Source: Nitrosopumilus sp. (GTDB lineage: Archaea > Thermoproteota > Nitrososphaeria > Nitrososphaerales > Nitrosopumilaceae). Taken from it: a DNA stretch of 51,819 nucleotides. Under the pieces are notes generated by a model. It was given only the letters and a program-made list of their open reading frames with translations, made no database searches and had not been told where the DNA came from. Of this stretch, positions 30,832-39,240 are shown piece by piece. The stretch is from assembly GCA_028279625.1 (NCBI GenBank), contig JANQNM010000020.1:1-51819 (forward strand), read 5' to 3'. Both the position numbers and the translations under genes were made by a program. The stretch's first letter is position 1, and each line of letters starts with the position of its first letter.

Positions 30832-31074
30832 ATGTCAAATGCGATGATCTATGCAGGCATTGCAATTGGTGTTGCAGCTATTGCAGCAGCAATTGTTTAT
30901 GGAACTGAAAATCAGCAAAACTACATTAGTGAAGATGCAGTTTTAGCCCCTGCAGCAGAACAAGGTGTTTTTACATCTGAATTGGGAATGGTCGAACTGA
31001 ATAAAGAACAGTGGCATGAAGACCCATTTGCAGATGAAGCAGCAGCAGTAAGAGCTGCAAACACTGGTGGGTAA
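30832..31074 (+). CDS. Small membrane-anchored acidic protein
   Basis: N-terminal Ala/Ile TM helix; WHEDPFADEAA tail. Confidence 0.75.
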   Translation: MSNAMIYAGIAIGVAAIAAAIVYGTENQQNYISEDAVLAPAAEQGVFTSELGMVELNKEQWHEDPFADEAAAVRAANTGG

Positions 31075-31176
31075 TTCCGCTAGTCATTCTTTATTTTTAA
31101 AATAAATTCTTAGAATCACATAGTTTAGGAATCAAAATAGAGAAAATGATTAATCTTAGATGAGCGTAATATAGCA

Positions 31177-31317
31177 ATGCATCAGTGTTACTATTGTGAG
31201 CAAATTTTTGACTCAAAAGAGGAACTATACGAGCATGTCGAAGTTCATTCAGATATTGAAAGAAATAACGAGATTATGAGTAGAAAAAAACAAGCAGCAA
31301 GAAAGGAAAAACAATAG
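31177..31317 (+). CDS. Unannotated 46-aa C2H2 zinc-finger protein
   Basis: MHQCYYCEQIFDSKEELYEHVEVH matches C-x2-C-x3-F-x5-L-x2-H-x3-H; basic tail. Confidence 0.85.
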   Translation: MHQCYYCEQIFDSKEELYEHVEVHSDIERNNEIMSRKKQAARKEKQ

Positions 31318-31390
31318 CATAAACTAAAAAAATTAGAGTTAGAGTTTGAATAAATTGAATTCAGGAACGGAAATAAGGATTTTTGCCTGA

Positions 31391-31660
31391 ATGAATATGG
31401 ATTGGGTTGAAACATTATTGAGAAAATCTTGCGACAAGACTCTTACAAAAAGCGAAGTGTTACACAGTCTTTTTCACATGATAGAAGTAAATGAAGATAC
31501 ACTAAATCACATCGAATCAGATAACAGAGATTTTGGTCCAGAATTAGAAGAATTAAAACAAACAGAAATTAAAGATTTGAATTTTCATTTAAAATATTAC
31601 AGAAGTCTTGTAAATTATATCAATTCAGTTCCTGAAAACAAGATTATTGAAAACCAATAG
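31391..31660 (+). CDS. Hypothetical helical protein
   Basis: 89-aa ORF with protein-like composition. Confidence 0.7.
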   Translation: MNMDWVETLLRKSCDKTLTKSEVLHSLFHMIEVNEDTLNHIESDNRDFGPELEELKQTEIKDLNFHLKYYRSLVNYINSVPENKIIENQ

Positions 31661-31674
31661 TATTTGTAAAAAAA

Positions 31675-32211
31675 TTAGATTCTTAGTTTTTTGAAAATAG
31701 AGTCATATTTTGTTTGATACTCTAAAATTTGTCCAAAATTAGTTTCCTCATCATAGTCATGTCTACGTTTTTCTAATAGTTCTTCTAATTTTTCCACCTC
31801 TTGAAATATCATTTTTCCAGAATCTTCCTTTGCAAATTGTTTTCTTTGTTCTTCATTTTGACCCCGTGTAGGATATTTTTTTTCATAAAGGATATTTTGT
31901 AATTCTGATAATTTTTCATTCTTTGTCAATTCAGCTAGATCAAAATGACCTTGCTCATGTTTTAGAAGATTATCATCAGCATAAGATTCTCGAACCCAAG
32001 ACAATAATGAATGAAACTCTACAGAAATTTCTAGATTTTCAATAAAAAATAAAATTTGGCTTCCCATCTTTTCAGAATTCACAGTCCATGTAGGCCTATA
32101 TTTTATTGAACTATGAGCATCCTCAAAAACTGCAGGATTAGGTTCTGCTTTAAAATCATACCACGAGAGATTTCTTTGACCAGACCAAACTACAATATCA
32201 TTTTCGTTCAT
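31675..32211 (-). CDS. DUF922-like putative zinc metalloprotease
   Basis: LSWYDF, SWV, LLKHEQGHFDL (HExxH), YDEETNFG. Confidence 0.85.
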   Translation of the reverse strand: MNENDIVVWSGQRNLSWYDFKAEPNPAVFEDAHSSIKYRPTWTVNSEKMGSQILFFIENLEISVEFHSLLSWVRESYADDNLLKHEQGHFDLAELTKNEKLSELQNILYEKKYPTRGQNEEQRKQFAKEDSGKMIFQEVEKLEELLEKRRHDYDEETNFGQILEYQTKYDSIFKKLRI

Positions 32212-32257
32212 GAAATTCCATAATTTTATTGGAATAAAATTATTGAGATTTAATCAA

Positions 32258-32461
32258 TTATGTTCTTTTGCCATCTCTACCACTAAATTTGCCCAAAGGC
32301 TGGGATACATCAAAACCTAACCAAGAATAATTTTCATTTTCTAAACAATTGTGATATTTTTGATGTTCAATCAATTCTTTATCTCCCCATTCACCATCAT
32401 GTAAAAAGGGACATTTTTCGAAAATTTGGTTTTTTTTGATGCCTTTACAGATGATAAGCAT
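32258..32461 (-). CDS. Small Cys/His putative metal-binding protein
   Basis: ICKG...KCPF...EHQKYH pattern. Confidence 0.7.
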   Translation of the reverse strand: MLIICKGIKKNQIFEKCPFLHDGEWGDKELIEHQKYHNCLENENYSWLGFDVSQPLGKFSGRDGKRT

Positions 32462-32514
32462 GAGAGATCATAGTTATTTTTTCAGATTGAAAAATTTTTC
32501 GTTAAAATGAGAGG

Positions 32515-32577
32515 GTTTGACGGCAAACGAATTCTAGGATATGGTCGGTTAAGGCAAACGTAGGAACGCCGTCAAAC
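32515..32577. repeat. Intergenic inverted repeat A (10-bp perfect stem; candidate sRNA)
   Basis: gtttgacggc 32515-32524 / gccgtcaaac 32568-32577. Confidence 0.8.
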
Positions 32578-32771
32578 GGATGACTCAGACATTCTAGGAC
32601 AAATAAGACTAAAAGAAATTGTGTGTACATTTTGAACATTCTTCCATGCCTGAGAATTTTTTCCTAGGCTCATTTTTTATAAAATTGGATCAATTTTTCA
32701 ACCCATTTTGATCAAATATCAAGACACATTTTATTTTAAGAATTTTTGATGAGACAAATCATTACAAATTA

Positions 32772-32855
32772 GGAAGCAAGAATGATTGCCTGTTTGATAT
32801 CCACCGTAACTCCCAAAGAGTCGATGCAAAAGGGTATCAAACTTGCTTGCTTTCC
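32772..32855. repeat. Intergenic nested inverted repeat D
   Basis: gtttgatatcc 32792-32802 / gggtatcaaac 32832-32842; outer ggaagcaag 32772-32780 / cttgctttcc 32846-32855. Confidence 0.75.
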
Positions 32856-32896
32856 AAATTCTAAACTATTAATTTCAGTAGAGATTAGAAATTTTT

Positions 32897-32974
32897 ATGA
32901 ATACTAAATTTTACGTTTGGATGGGCATATCTATTATTGCATTAGCTGCAGGATTTATCATATTGTATTCTTGA
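32897..32974 (+). CDS. Unannotated 25-aa single-TM peptide MNTKFYVWMGISIIALAAGFIILYS
   Basis: Translated by hand; continuous hydrophobic helix; abuts the convergent matrixin stop. Confidence 0.55.
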   Translation: MNTKFYVWMGISIIALAAGFIILYS

Positions 32975-32975
32975 A

Positions 32976-33878
32976 TTACGGTGAAATTTCAAAATTTGGT
33001 TGGCATCCTAATTGAACAATTATTTCATTAATTTGTGTGATTATTTCATTTTGTTGTTTGATCATAGAGTTGATTTTTTCACCTTCAAAATTTAACTTGT
33101 CAAGAACACGTTGAGATTTTTTGTATTCATCTTGTGATAACGTTTTTCCTTCATAGTATTCATATTGCTTATAGTATTCATCATATTGTGATTGAGCCCT
33201 AGAGATTTTTATGTTAAGTGCCTCAATTTGTTCCGCTAATTCATTTTCTTGTTGAAGTAATGCTTGTTGGCCTACATAGAGTTCTTCTAATCGTTGTGGA
33301 ACAACATATCCTTTTGTATCAAAATCAATTTCTGGAGATTCATAAGAATACATCAAATGTCCAGTTTCATATGTATGTCCTAGTCCAAGGGCATGACCGA
33401 TTTCATGCATTAAAATATTTGACACCATATTTTCATCGTTTTGGACAAAATTCCCATTACAATCAGAATCTCCAATAGAAATGTCTAACACACAATGACT
33501 TAGAATTCCAAACAACACAGAATTACATGTAGCTAATCCTGTATGTGTAGGAGATGCATAAACTTGCCATCTAATATCAATATTAGAATTCTCAGATTCA
33601 ATAAATGTAAGATTTGGATTTGCAGCCTCCCACGATTCAATTGCTTTCTTTAATGCTTTCAGGGGGATTTCCTTATCGGGTACAGAAGGAATATCTTCAA
33701 AGGAGTAGTAGACTATCTTATTTTCATTTGTTGGGATGGCATTTGATATTTGTTGAATATTTTCCACGCCTGGAGATAAGCCTACAGAATTGTTTTGGGA
33801 AGAAAAGGGCAGCATGTCAGCATACCACATGTACCCTACAACAGCACCAAGCAAAACAACAACTAGAACTCCTTTCAT
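32976..33878 (-). CDS. Membrane-anchored matrixin (M10-like metzincin) protease with C-terminal coiled coil
   Basis: HEIGHALGLGH plus Met-turn HLMY; N-terminal TM; Gln/Glu-rich heptads. Confidence 0.92.
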   Translation of the reverse strand: MKGVLVVVLLGAVVGYMWYADMLPFSSQNNSVGLSPGVENIQQISNAIPTNENKIVYYSFEDIPSVPDKEIPLKALKKAIESWEAANPNLTFIESENSNIDIRWQVYASPTHTGLATCNSVLFGILSHCVLDISIGDSDCNGNFVQNDENMVSNILMHEIGHALGLGHTYETGHLMYSYESPEIDFDTKGYVVPQRLEELYVGQQALLQQENELAEQIEALNIKISRAQSQYDEYYKQYEYYEGKTLSQDEYKKSQRVLDKLNFEGEKINSMIKQQNEIITQINEIIVQLGCQPNFEISP

Positions 33879-34013
33879 TATTCAAGTATGGAATTGTAAC
33901 TAACTAAAACTTTCTATGAAAGAATACGCATGGAAACAGAGTTACTTTTTTCAACATCCAAAATCAACTTTAACAGACTTTTTCAATTTTAAGATATTTT
34001 TAGAATACTGAAT

Positions 34014-34081
34014 TGCCATAGATAAGCTGGGATAGATAATCGCAATTGCAAACGACATTGATTATCTAATCATCTTTGGCA
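34014..34081. repeat. Intergenic nested inverted repeat F
   Basis: tagataatc 34033-34041 / gattatcta 34060-34068; outer tgccatagat 34014-34023 / atctttggca 34072-34081 (1 mismatch). Confidence 0.75.
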
Positions 34082-34192
34082 GAAATTAAATCAGTCAAAA
34101 TTTTACAATTTAAAAATAATTATTAGCAATAAAATAACAAAAAAGTTATTGATTGAATATCCAATAAGGGATTAAAATAAGATTGAAAGAAT

Positions 34193-34783
34193 ATGAATCA
34201 AGAGACTAGAAAAACAATTGGAATGTTTTCACCAATGTGGACAAATAAACAGGTTTGGGAATTTGAGCAAACTAATGAGAATTTGGAATTTGATATAGTA
34301 TACGTAAAACCAAATGAATTTCAGGAAAAAGTATGGAAATCAAAATTAGCATTCATAAATTCAGACATTAGAGATGTAACAATTAAGACATTTGATTATT
34401 TGAATGACAGATATGAATTATGGATAGCAAATAAAAATCAAAAAAAGCTAGATGAAAAAATTGTCCCTTATCTTATGGCAGTAATGGCAGACATTATGAT
34501 TGATGAAGAGATTTGTCTTAATTTTAGGTTTGAAAATGAGTTTTTAGTAATTTCAATAGATATGAATGCAGACGTGATTGACTGTAAGGAATTTTTTGAG
34601 GAATTCTATCATTTGGCAACAGGATTCAATTATGATATTGATACAGGAATTCCCGAAGATCAGACAGAAGCAGAGATTTACCTCACTAGACTTCAAGAAG
34701 AGTTTGATGATAAAATGAAACTTAGATTAGGAGACAAATACCTTCCTGGAAATAATGATCCAGACACATTAAACTCAAAATGA
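34193..34783 (+). CDS. Hypothetical acidic protein
   Basis: 196-aa ORF; no motif recognised. Confidence 0.75.
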   Translation: MNQETRKTIGMFSPMWTNKQVWEFEQTNENLEFDIVYVKPNEFQEKVWKSKLAFINSDIRDVTIKTFDYLNDRYELWIANKNQKKLDEKIVPYLMAVMADIMIDEEICLNFRFENEFLVISIDMNADVIDCKEFFEEFYHLATGFNYDIDTGIPEDQTEAEIYLTRLQEEFDDKMKLRLGDKYLPGNNDPDTLNSK

Positions 34784-34815
34784 TACCTAAAATATGAGAA
34801 AAAACCAAAAAAATT

Positions 34816-35163
34816 ATGTCACAAAGAAGGCCATTTAGAAAGTTTCAAAAAAAAGGTCCTGCATTGACTCAAGAACAAAAAATTGAAAAATTCATTTTGA
34901 GAAACTCACAAAATGGTTTTTTTACCAAAGTAACTACATTGCCTTACAAATTTGAAATTTCAGAGAATAAAGCATGGGATATTGTTGGGGAATTATTATC
35001 TTCGGGTTCCATAGAATCTATCCATGATGAAATAACTGGAGAGATGAAGTTATGTGAAACGGGAAAGACATACTTGATAATGGATTTAGAGAAAAAGCGA
35101 AAGAAGCAAAAAACCAAGTTCAAAAAAAATAAGAATCAAAAACCAAAAAAAGAAAACTCTTAA
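34816..35163 (+). CDS. Basic hypothetical protein, possible wHTH
   Basis: FEISENKAWDIVGELLSSGSI resembles a wHTH recognition helix; Lys-rich termini. Confidence 0.7.
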   Translation: MSQRRPFRKFQKKGPALTQEQKIEKFILRNSQNGFFTKVTTLPYKFEISENKAWDIVGELLSSGSIESIHDEITGEMKLCETGKTYLIMDLEKKRKKQKTKFKKNKNQKPKKENS

Positions 35164-35266
35164 TTTTGTTAATTTTTAAAAATCAATATGGATTCAGATG
35201 ACAATCTTCCTGCTCAATGTCACCCAATTATTAAACCAAAAAAGAAAAAATTAATCGAGGAAAAAG

Positions 35267-35419
35267 ATGAAACAGTGTAAATTATGTGGTACGCCTTTAG
35301 GCAAAGAGCCAACCACTGATGAATTAGAAAAACATTGGAAAAAACATCATAGTTGGCATTGGGAATCAAATAAAGAAAAATCACCTGAAGAAGCATTATT
35401 GAAAAACAGAAATCAATAG
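35267..35419 (+). CDS. Unannotated 50-aa C2H2-like zinc-finger protein
   Basis: MKQCKLCGTPLGKEPTTDELEKHWKKHHSWHWE... Confidence 0.8.
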   Translation: MKQCKLCGTPLGKEPTTDELEKHWKKHHSWHWESNKEKSPEEALLKNRNQ

Positions 35420-35602
35420 ACGTCTTGGATTAGTGATCGTTTATAGCATGCCTAGACCACTAAACGAAGGCGTCATTAAACAATTAGTCTAGAGATATAA
35501 AAGAAATTGTTTCATTTTCTAAACATTTGTTTAATTCATTCAAAAAATTAAAACTAATTTTCACAAATATCGTCATGCTACTTATCAATGTTGAAAACAA
35601 TA

Positions 35603-35764
35603 ATGAAACATGAGAGGCAAGATTTGATGAAGGACAATTTTGCAGAGTATACAATGTGCCGAACTTGTCAACAGGCATTATTGTATTGTGATTGTAATTG
35701 TCCTTATTGTGGAAAAAGAGATGAATGTGAATGTGAAATGTCATCATTAACATTCACAACTTAA
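35603..35764 (+). CDS. Unannotated Cys-rich (8 Cys) metallothionein-like or zinc-binding microprotein (alternative start 35588)
   Basis: MKHERQDLMKDNFAEYTMCRTCQQALLYCDCNCPYCGKRDECECEMSSLTFTT; cttat begins 22 nt upstream. Confidence 0.8.
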   Translation: MKHERQDLMKDNFAEYTMCRTCQQALLYCDCNCPYCGKRDECECEMSSLTFTT

Positions 35765-35892
35765 TTCTCTTTGTATCAAGCCTGGAAGGTTTTTGAGTTT
35801 TTTAAACATGCCTAGATAAAAATTATTTTTTAGCTAGAAACAAGAAAAAATGTTACTTTGAATTTGTAATAGATATTTTGGTAATTGGGACA

Positions 35893-36126
35893 ATGACAAA
35901 CATTCAAGCATATGACATAAAAGCACGAAAAAAAGTGACTATGAAAAACCCTCAGCCATATTTAATGAAGAATGGTTCTTGGGCACTAAAAGGAACTAGC
36001 TCAGAGACAGGAATATCACTATTCAAGATAGTAGGTAGAAATAAACCAGAAATACTCCAGTCTCGATTTTCAGCATTCAAAAATTTGTTTACAAGTAGAC
36101 AATGTGAATGTGAAAAATTTTGCTAG
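35893..36126 (+). CDS. Small basic DUF5679/CC1-like protein (candidate chromatin protein; likely start ATG 35893)
   Basis: AYDIKARKKVTMKNP...MKNGSWALKGTSSETGISLFKIVG; C-terminal CECEKFC. Confidence 0.75.
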   Translation: MTNIQAYDIKARKKVTMKNPQPYLMKNGSWALKGTSSETGISLFKIVGRNKPEILQSRFSAFKNLFTSRQCECEKFC

Positions 36127-36219
36127 TTTCATTTTTTTATACAACAAAGAAGATAATAGAGTAGATATTTTCAAGAACAGTACAGAAAGCATTAATTTGA
36201 TAATTTTTTGACATGAATC

Positions 36220-36690
36220 ATGTCATTTGGAATTAACTGGCATAGGGAGTTTTTTGGATTATCATGGGCGTATGAGAAAGATCGATTGGTAATATCTACT
36301 GTGTTTGAAGACAAAAACAAAGCCATATCCATAGCAGAAGAAATTGAAGAGTGGAGTGATAAATTTACCAGGTTAACAATCATTGAAAAAGCAAATGATG
36401 AATTTGCAATTTGTTGTTATCAAGATCCTCAAATCTCCAAAACAAGTAAGAATGTAGGTTTGTACAGAACAGGCATGAGACAAAGTGGAGGGTATGAACA
36501 AGCAAAACCAATGATTGAAGAAAAATCACCATTATTACAAATTGCATATGCCGAAGATGTAAGAGATATGAATACTTATCAACAGATTTCAAGATTAGTG
36601 CCACTTAGAAAATGCAGGATAATTTCTGAGAAAGATTTGAAAAAACAAGAATTTTACTATGAAAAAACTGCAGATTCATTAGCAAATTAA
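36220..36690 (+). CDS. Hypothetical protein
   Basis: 156-aa ORF; no motif recognised. Confidence 0.75.
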   Translation: MSFGINWHREFFGLSWAYEKDRLVISTVFEDKNKAISIAEEIEEWSDKFTRLTIIEKANDEFAICCYQDPQISKTSKNVGLYRTGMRQSGGYEQAKPMIEEKSPLLQIAYAEDVRDMNTYQQISRLVPLRKCRIISEKDLKKQEFYYEKTADSLAN

Positions 36691-36691
36691 A

Positions 36692-36748
36692 ATGGTGAGC
36701 CTAAAAACTCGTTTGAGTTTTTGTAACTCACCATCTATGGTCGGGTGA
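36692..36748. repeat. Intergenic hairpin C with an alternative pairing
   Basis: atggtgag 36692-36699 / ctcaccat 36727-36734; aaaaactc 36703-36710 / gagttttt 36715-36722; tcacc 36728-36732 can instead pair with ggtga 36744-36748. Confidence 0.8.
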
Positions 36749-37087
36749 TATTTTCAAGTCAAATTCAATATAAAGAATCACTACCAAATTGTACATAGTA
36801 TTGATACTGATAAATCGTTCATCTTTGTTAAATAGAAATTTTGCAAAAATTATTCATGCAAGAAAATAATTTCCAATCATCATGGGAAGACGTCATTGGA
36901 TTATCATGGTTAATTTCAGAGGAATGATATGACTAGAAAAAATATCTCATGTAGCCCAAATTGTTGGTGCAAACAAAAATCAAAAATCAGTAATGAAGCA
37001 TCTTAGTATGTTTCAAAAAATTATTTTTTTAAAATCAATATTATTAAAGAAAATATGACATAAATTCAACTTAGGAATTATTTATTC

Positions 37088-37246
37088 ATGCATTGTGACG
37101 ATAAAAGAACTGTTTTTGCACTTAAAGAAAGTATTCAAAAAACATGGGAAGAATTAAAAAAATCAGAGTTTAATGACAAAAATTTGGTAAAACAACTCAA
37201 TGAATTAATTTCGGATTATCAAGAATACAAAAAACCTACATCATGA
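37088..37246 (+). CDS. Unannotated 52-aa helical protein MHCDDKRTVFALKESIQKTWEEL...
   Basis: Translated by hand; amphipathic helical pattern. Confidence 0.7.
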   Translation: MHCDDKRTVFALKESIQKTWEELKKSEFNDKNLVKQLNELISDYQEYKKPTS

Positions 37247-37410
37247 TTTTTTGAAATCATTAGAATCAGGTTCGTTTCCTAAAATCTTATCAATCCATTT
37301 GAAAAAAGGACACTTTCCCTCATACATAAATTAGATACTACATTCTAACTAAAAAGCAGTTCTGATATTTTGGGGGATTGCTTAAGTAAGATTTTGACGT
37401 AGTTATTAGA

Positions 37411-37809
37411 ATGGATTATGAAAACCTCTTGAAAAGAATCATGGATTCGGACATCAACATTAGACACAGCATAATTACAGACAATGAAGGAAACATTCTA
37501 GCTACAAGTCATCGTGAAGGAGTTACAAATTACTTATCTCCTGATGAAACTGCAGCATCACTCAAAAGAGCTGCAAGTGCATGGAAAGGCAGAAAAGAAC
37601 TCAGTCCTAAAATTGGTAGAGGATTGTATGCAGTAGCTGCATTTGAGAAGATTACAAGGATGACATTTCCTGCAGGAGACAACAATTTGATTTTCGTGAG
37701 TTTAGGCTCAGACACTGTTAGAACAGATCTTCATGAAGGAGGTCAAAAACAAATTGTTGAGCATGTCTTGAATATACTTAGTCGCGATCCAACAAAGCAA
37801 GTTACATAG
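37411..37809 (+). CDS. Roadblock/profilin-like small protein (DUF6659-like)
   Basis: IRHSIITDNEGNIL...REGVTNYLS...LSPKIGRGLYAVAAFEKITRMTFP pattern. Confidence 0.75.
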   Translation: MDYENLLKRIMDSDINIRHSIITDNEGNILATSHREGVTNYLSPDETAASLKRAASAWKGRKELSPKIGRGLYAVAAFEKITRMTFPAGDNNLIFVSLGSDTVRTDLHEGGQKQIVEHVLNILSRDPTKQVT

Positions 37810-37839
37810 ATTAGGGAAAACCTAATCACATTATTTTTG
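37809..37839 (+). terminator. Hairpin plus T-tract terminator
   Basis: gattagg-gaaaa-cctaatc (37809-37827) followed by ttattttt. Confidence 0.6.
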
Positions 37840-37882
37840 AGTGTTGAAACTTTTTTAGGATTAATGTGTAAAAAGAATGCAT

Positions 37883-37987
37883 ATGTCAACAATTGAACAT
37901 ACAAAAGAATGTCAATATAGAATCAATAATGATTTACCACATGTTGGCTGTTTTTGCAAATGCCATAAAATTATCACAATAGAGTAA
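37883..37987 (+). CDS. Unannotated 34-aa His/Cys microprotein MSTIEHTKECQYRINNDLPHVGCFCKCHKIITIE
   Basis: Translated by hand; H-x3-C and C-x-C-x-C-H motifs. Confidence 0.6.
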   Translation: MSTIEHTKECQYRINNDLPHVGCFCKCHKIITIE

Positions 37988-37992
37988 ACCAA

Positions 37993-38214
37993 CTATTTTT
38001 TTGGATCAAAGTTTTCAATAATTTCAGTCACATTTGCAATGATTGTTTTTTTGATTTCTGTATGTGTCATTCCAGAGGTAGTCATAAGTTTCATCTGATC
38101 TAACAAAGCAAAATGAACTCTGCCTTGTAGATAATCAACTATTCCATAACCTTGTTTAGGAAATTCTGTCACAAAAAGATCATGTTCAAAAGAATCATCT
38201 GGTTTTTTATCCAT
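37993..38214 (-). CDS. Hypothetical protein
   Basis: 73-aa ORF with ttatat upstream. Confidence 0.7.
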   Translation of the reverse strand: MDKKPDDSFEHDLFVTEFPKQGYGIVDYLQGRVHFALLDQMKLMTTSGMTHTEIKKTIIANVTEIIENFDPKK

Positions 38215-38283
38215 AAGTGGTTTTTAAAAAAACCAGATATAACATTTACAAATATTCATTAAACTCTTCAAAAAAGCAATTTC

Positions 38284-38634
38284 ATGACAGAATTTATTCA
38301 CAAACCATATGATCGAATCTATGTTCGTGATATGATTAAACTTGATTTAGATGACTTGATTGGGATGATGTCTTCGCTAGAATCTGCCAACGCATATTGG
38401 GTTGATGGGGTCCTGTTTGCAAGTTTTGCCATGACTGAGTCAGAAGAATTGGCTAAAAAAGAGATGCAAAATGAGATGTATTTAGATAAAATAGTATTTG
38501 CAATTTATGAAAAATATACAAAAACTGTCAAATCATCAACTAATCTAGAAATTGGCGTTTTGAATATGCATAAGAGCAAATTGTATAGAGACCTGATTAC
38601 ATGGTTAAAAAACCAACCCATCTGGAATGAATAA
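38284..38634 (+). CDS. Hypothetical protein
   Basis: 116-aa ORF containing KPYDRIYV and YWVDGVLF. Confidence 0.78.
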   Translation: MTEFIHKPYDRIYVRDMIKLDLDDLIGMMSSLESANAYWVDGVLFASFAMTESEELAKKEMQNEMYLDKIVFAIYEKYTKTVKSSTNLEIGVLNMHKSKLYRDLITWLKNQPIWNE

Positions 38635-38643
38635 AAAATAGTT

Positions 38644-38943
38644 TTATGTCCAGGAAGGATAACCGCCATCTAGCGTTACTGCATCAAATCCTTCTTTTAC
38701 TAATTCATCGGCTGCAATATTTCCTCGATATCCAGTACCACAGTATGTACAGATCTTTTTCTCTCTAAGATTTTCTATCTGCTTTTTTTTAGCATTTCGA
38801 ATTGTCAGTCCCAATGGCATGTGAACTGAGTCATCGATTTTTCCTGATTCTAATTCATCAGATTCCCGGACATCAATTATAACAAAATCATTTTTTTGGG
38901 ATTTTAAATCACTTGCAGATATTTTGTTTGCCATAAATATCAT
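38644..38943 (-). CDS. Rhodanese-like domain protein
   Basis: IIDVRESDE..GKI..SVHMP, YCGTGYRG, LDGGYPSW. Confidence 0.92.
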   Translation of the reverse strand: MIFMANKISASDLKSQKNDFVIIDVRESDELESGKIDDSVHMPLGLTIRNAKKKQIENLREKKICTYCGTGYRGNIAADELVKEGFDAVTLDGGYPSWT

Positions 38944-38958
38944 TTAGATTAATCTAAT

Positions 38959-39183
38959 TTATTGTTTAAGAGTATAACGATTTTCCTGATATTCATCATC
39001 ATAAAATTCATCAAGTAGGTTCTTTTCTAATAGATTTTGTAAAATTTGCTCAGAGTCATCCATGGATATATCAAATCTCCTATGAACATGACGTGATGCA
39101 GTAGATTCATTTAGATTTTTTCTATTTTTTATAAATTCAAGAATGATTTTTTCTAGTTTCTCATAATCATAATTTTCATTCAT
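38959..39183 (-). CDS. Small wHTH-like protein
   Basis: ASRHVHRRFDISMDDSEQILQNLLEKNLL pattern. Confidence 0.7.
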   Translation of the reverse strand: MNENYDYEKLEKIILEFIKNRKNLNESTASRHVHRRFDISMDDSEQILQNLLEKNLLDEFYDDEYQENRYTLKQ

Positions 39184-39240
39184 AACAATTTTGAAAGTCG
39201 GGACTATATGTTATTTTAAAAAAAGAAAAAAATTTAGGAG

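Noticed and set aside
35188-35280. 30-aa ORF MDSDDNLPAQCHPIIKPKKKK...
   Set aside because: Overlaps the start and likely promoter of the better-supported 35267 zinc finger; insufficient evidence.
35484-35753. 89-aa minus-strand ORF in the track
   Set aside because: Antisense to the Cys-rich plus-strand ORF 35603-35764, which has a coherent motif and promoter.
36929-37057. 42-codon ORF MTRKISHVAQIVG...
   Set aside because: Runs into AT-rich promoter-like sequence; no motif.
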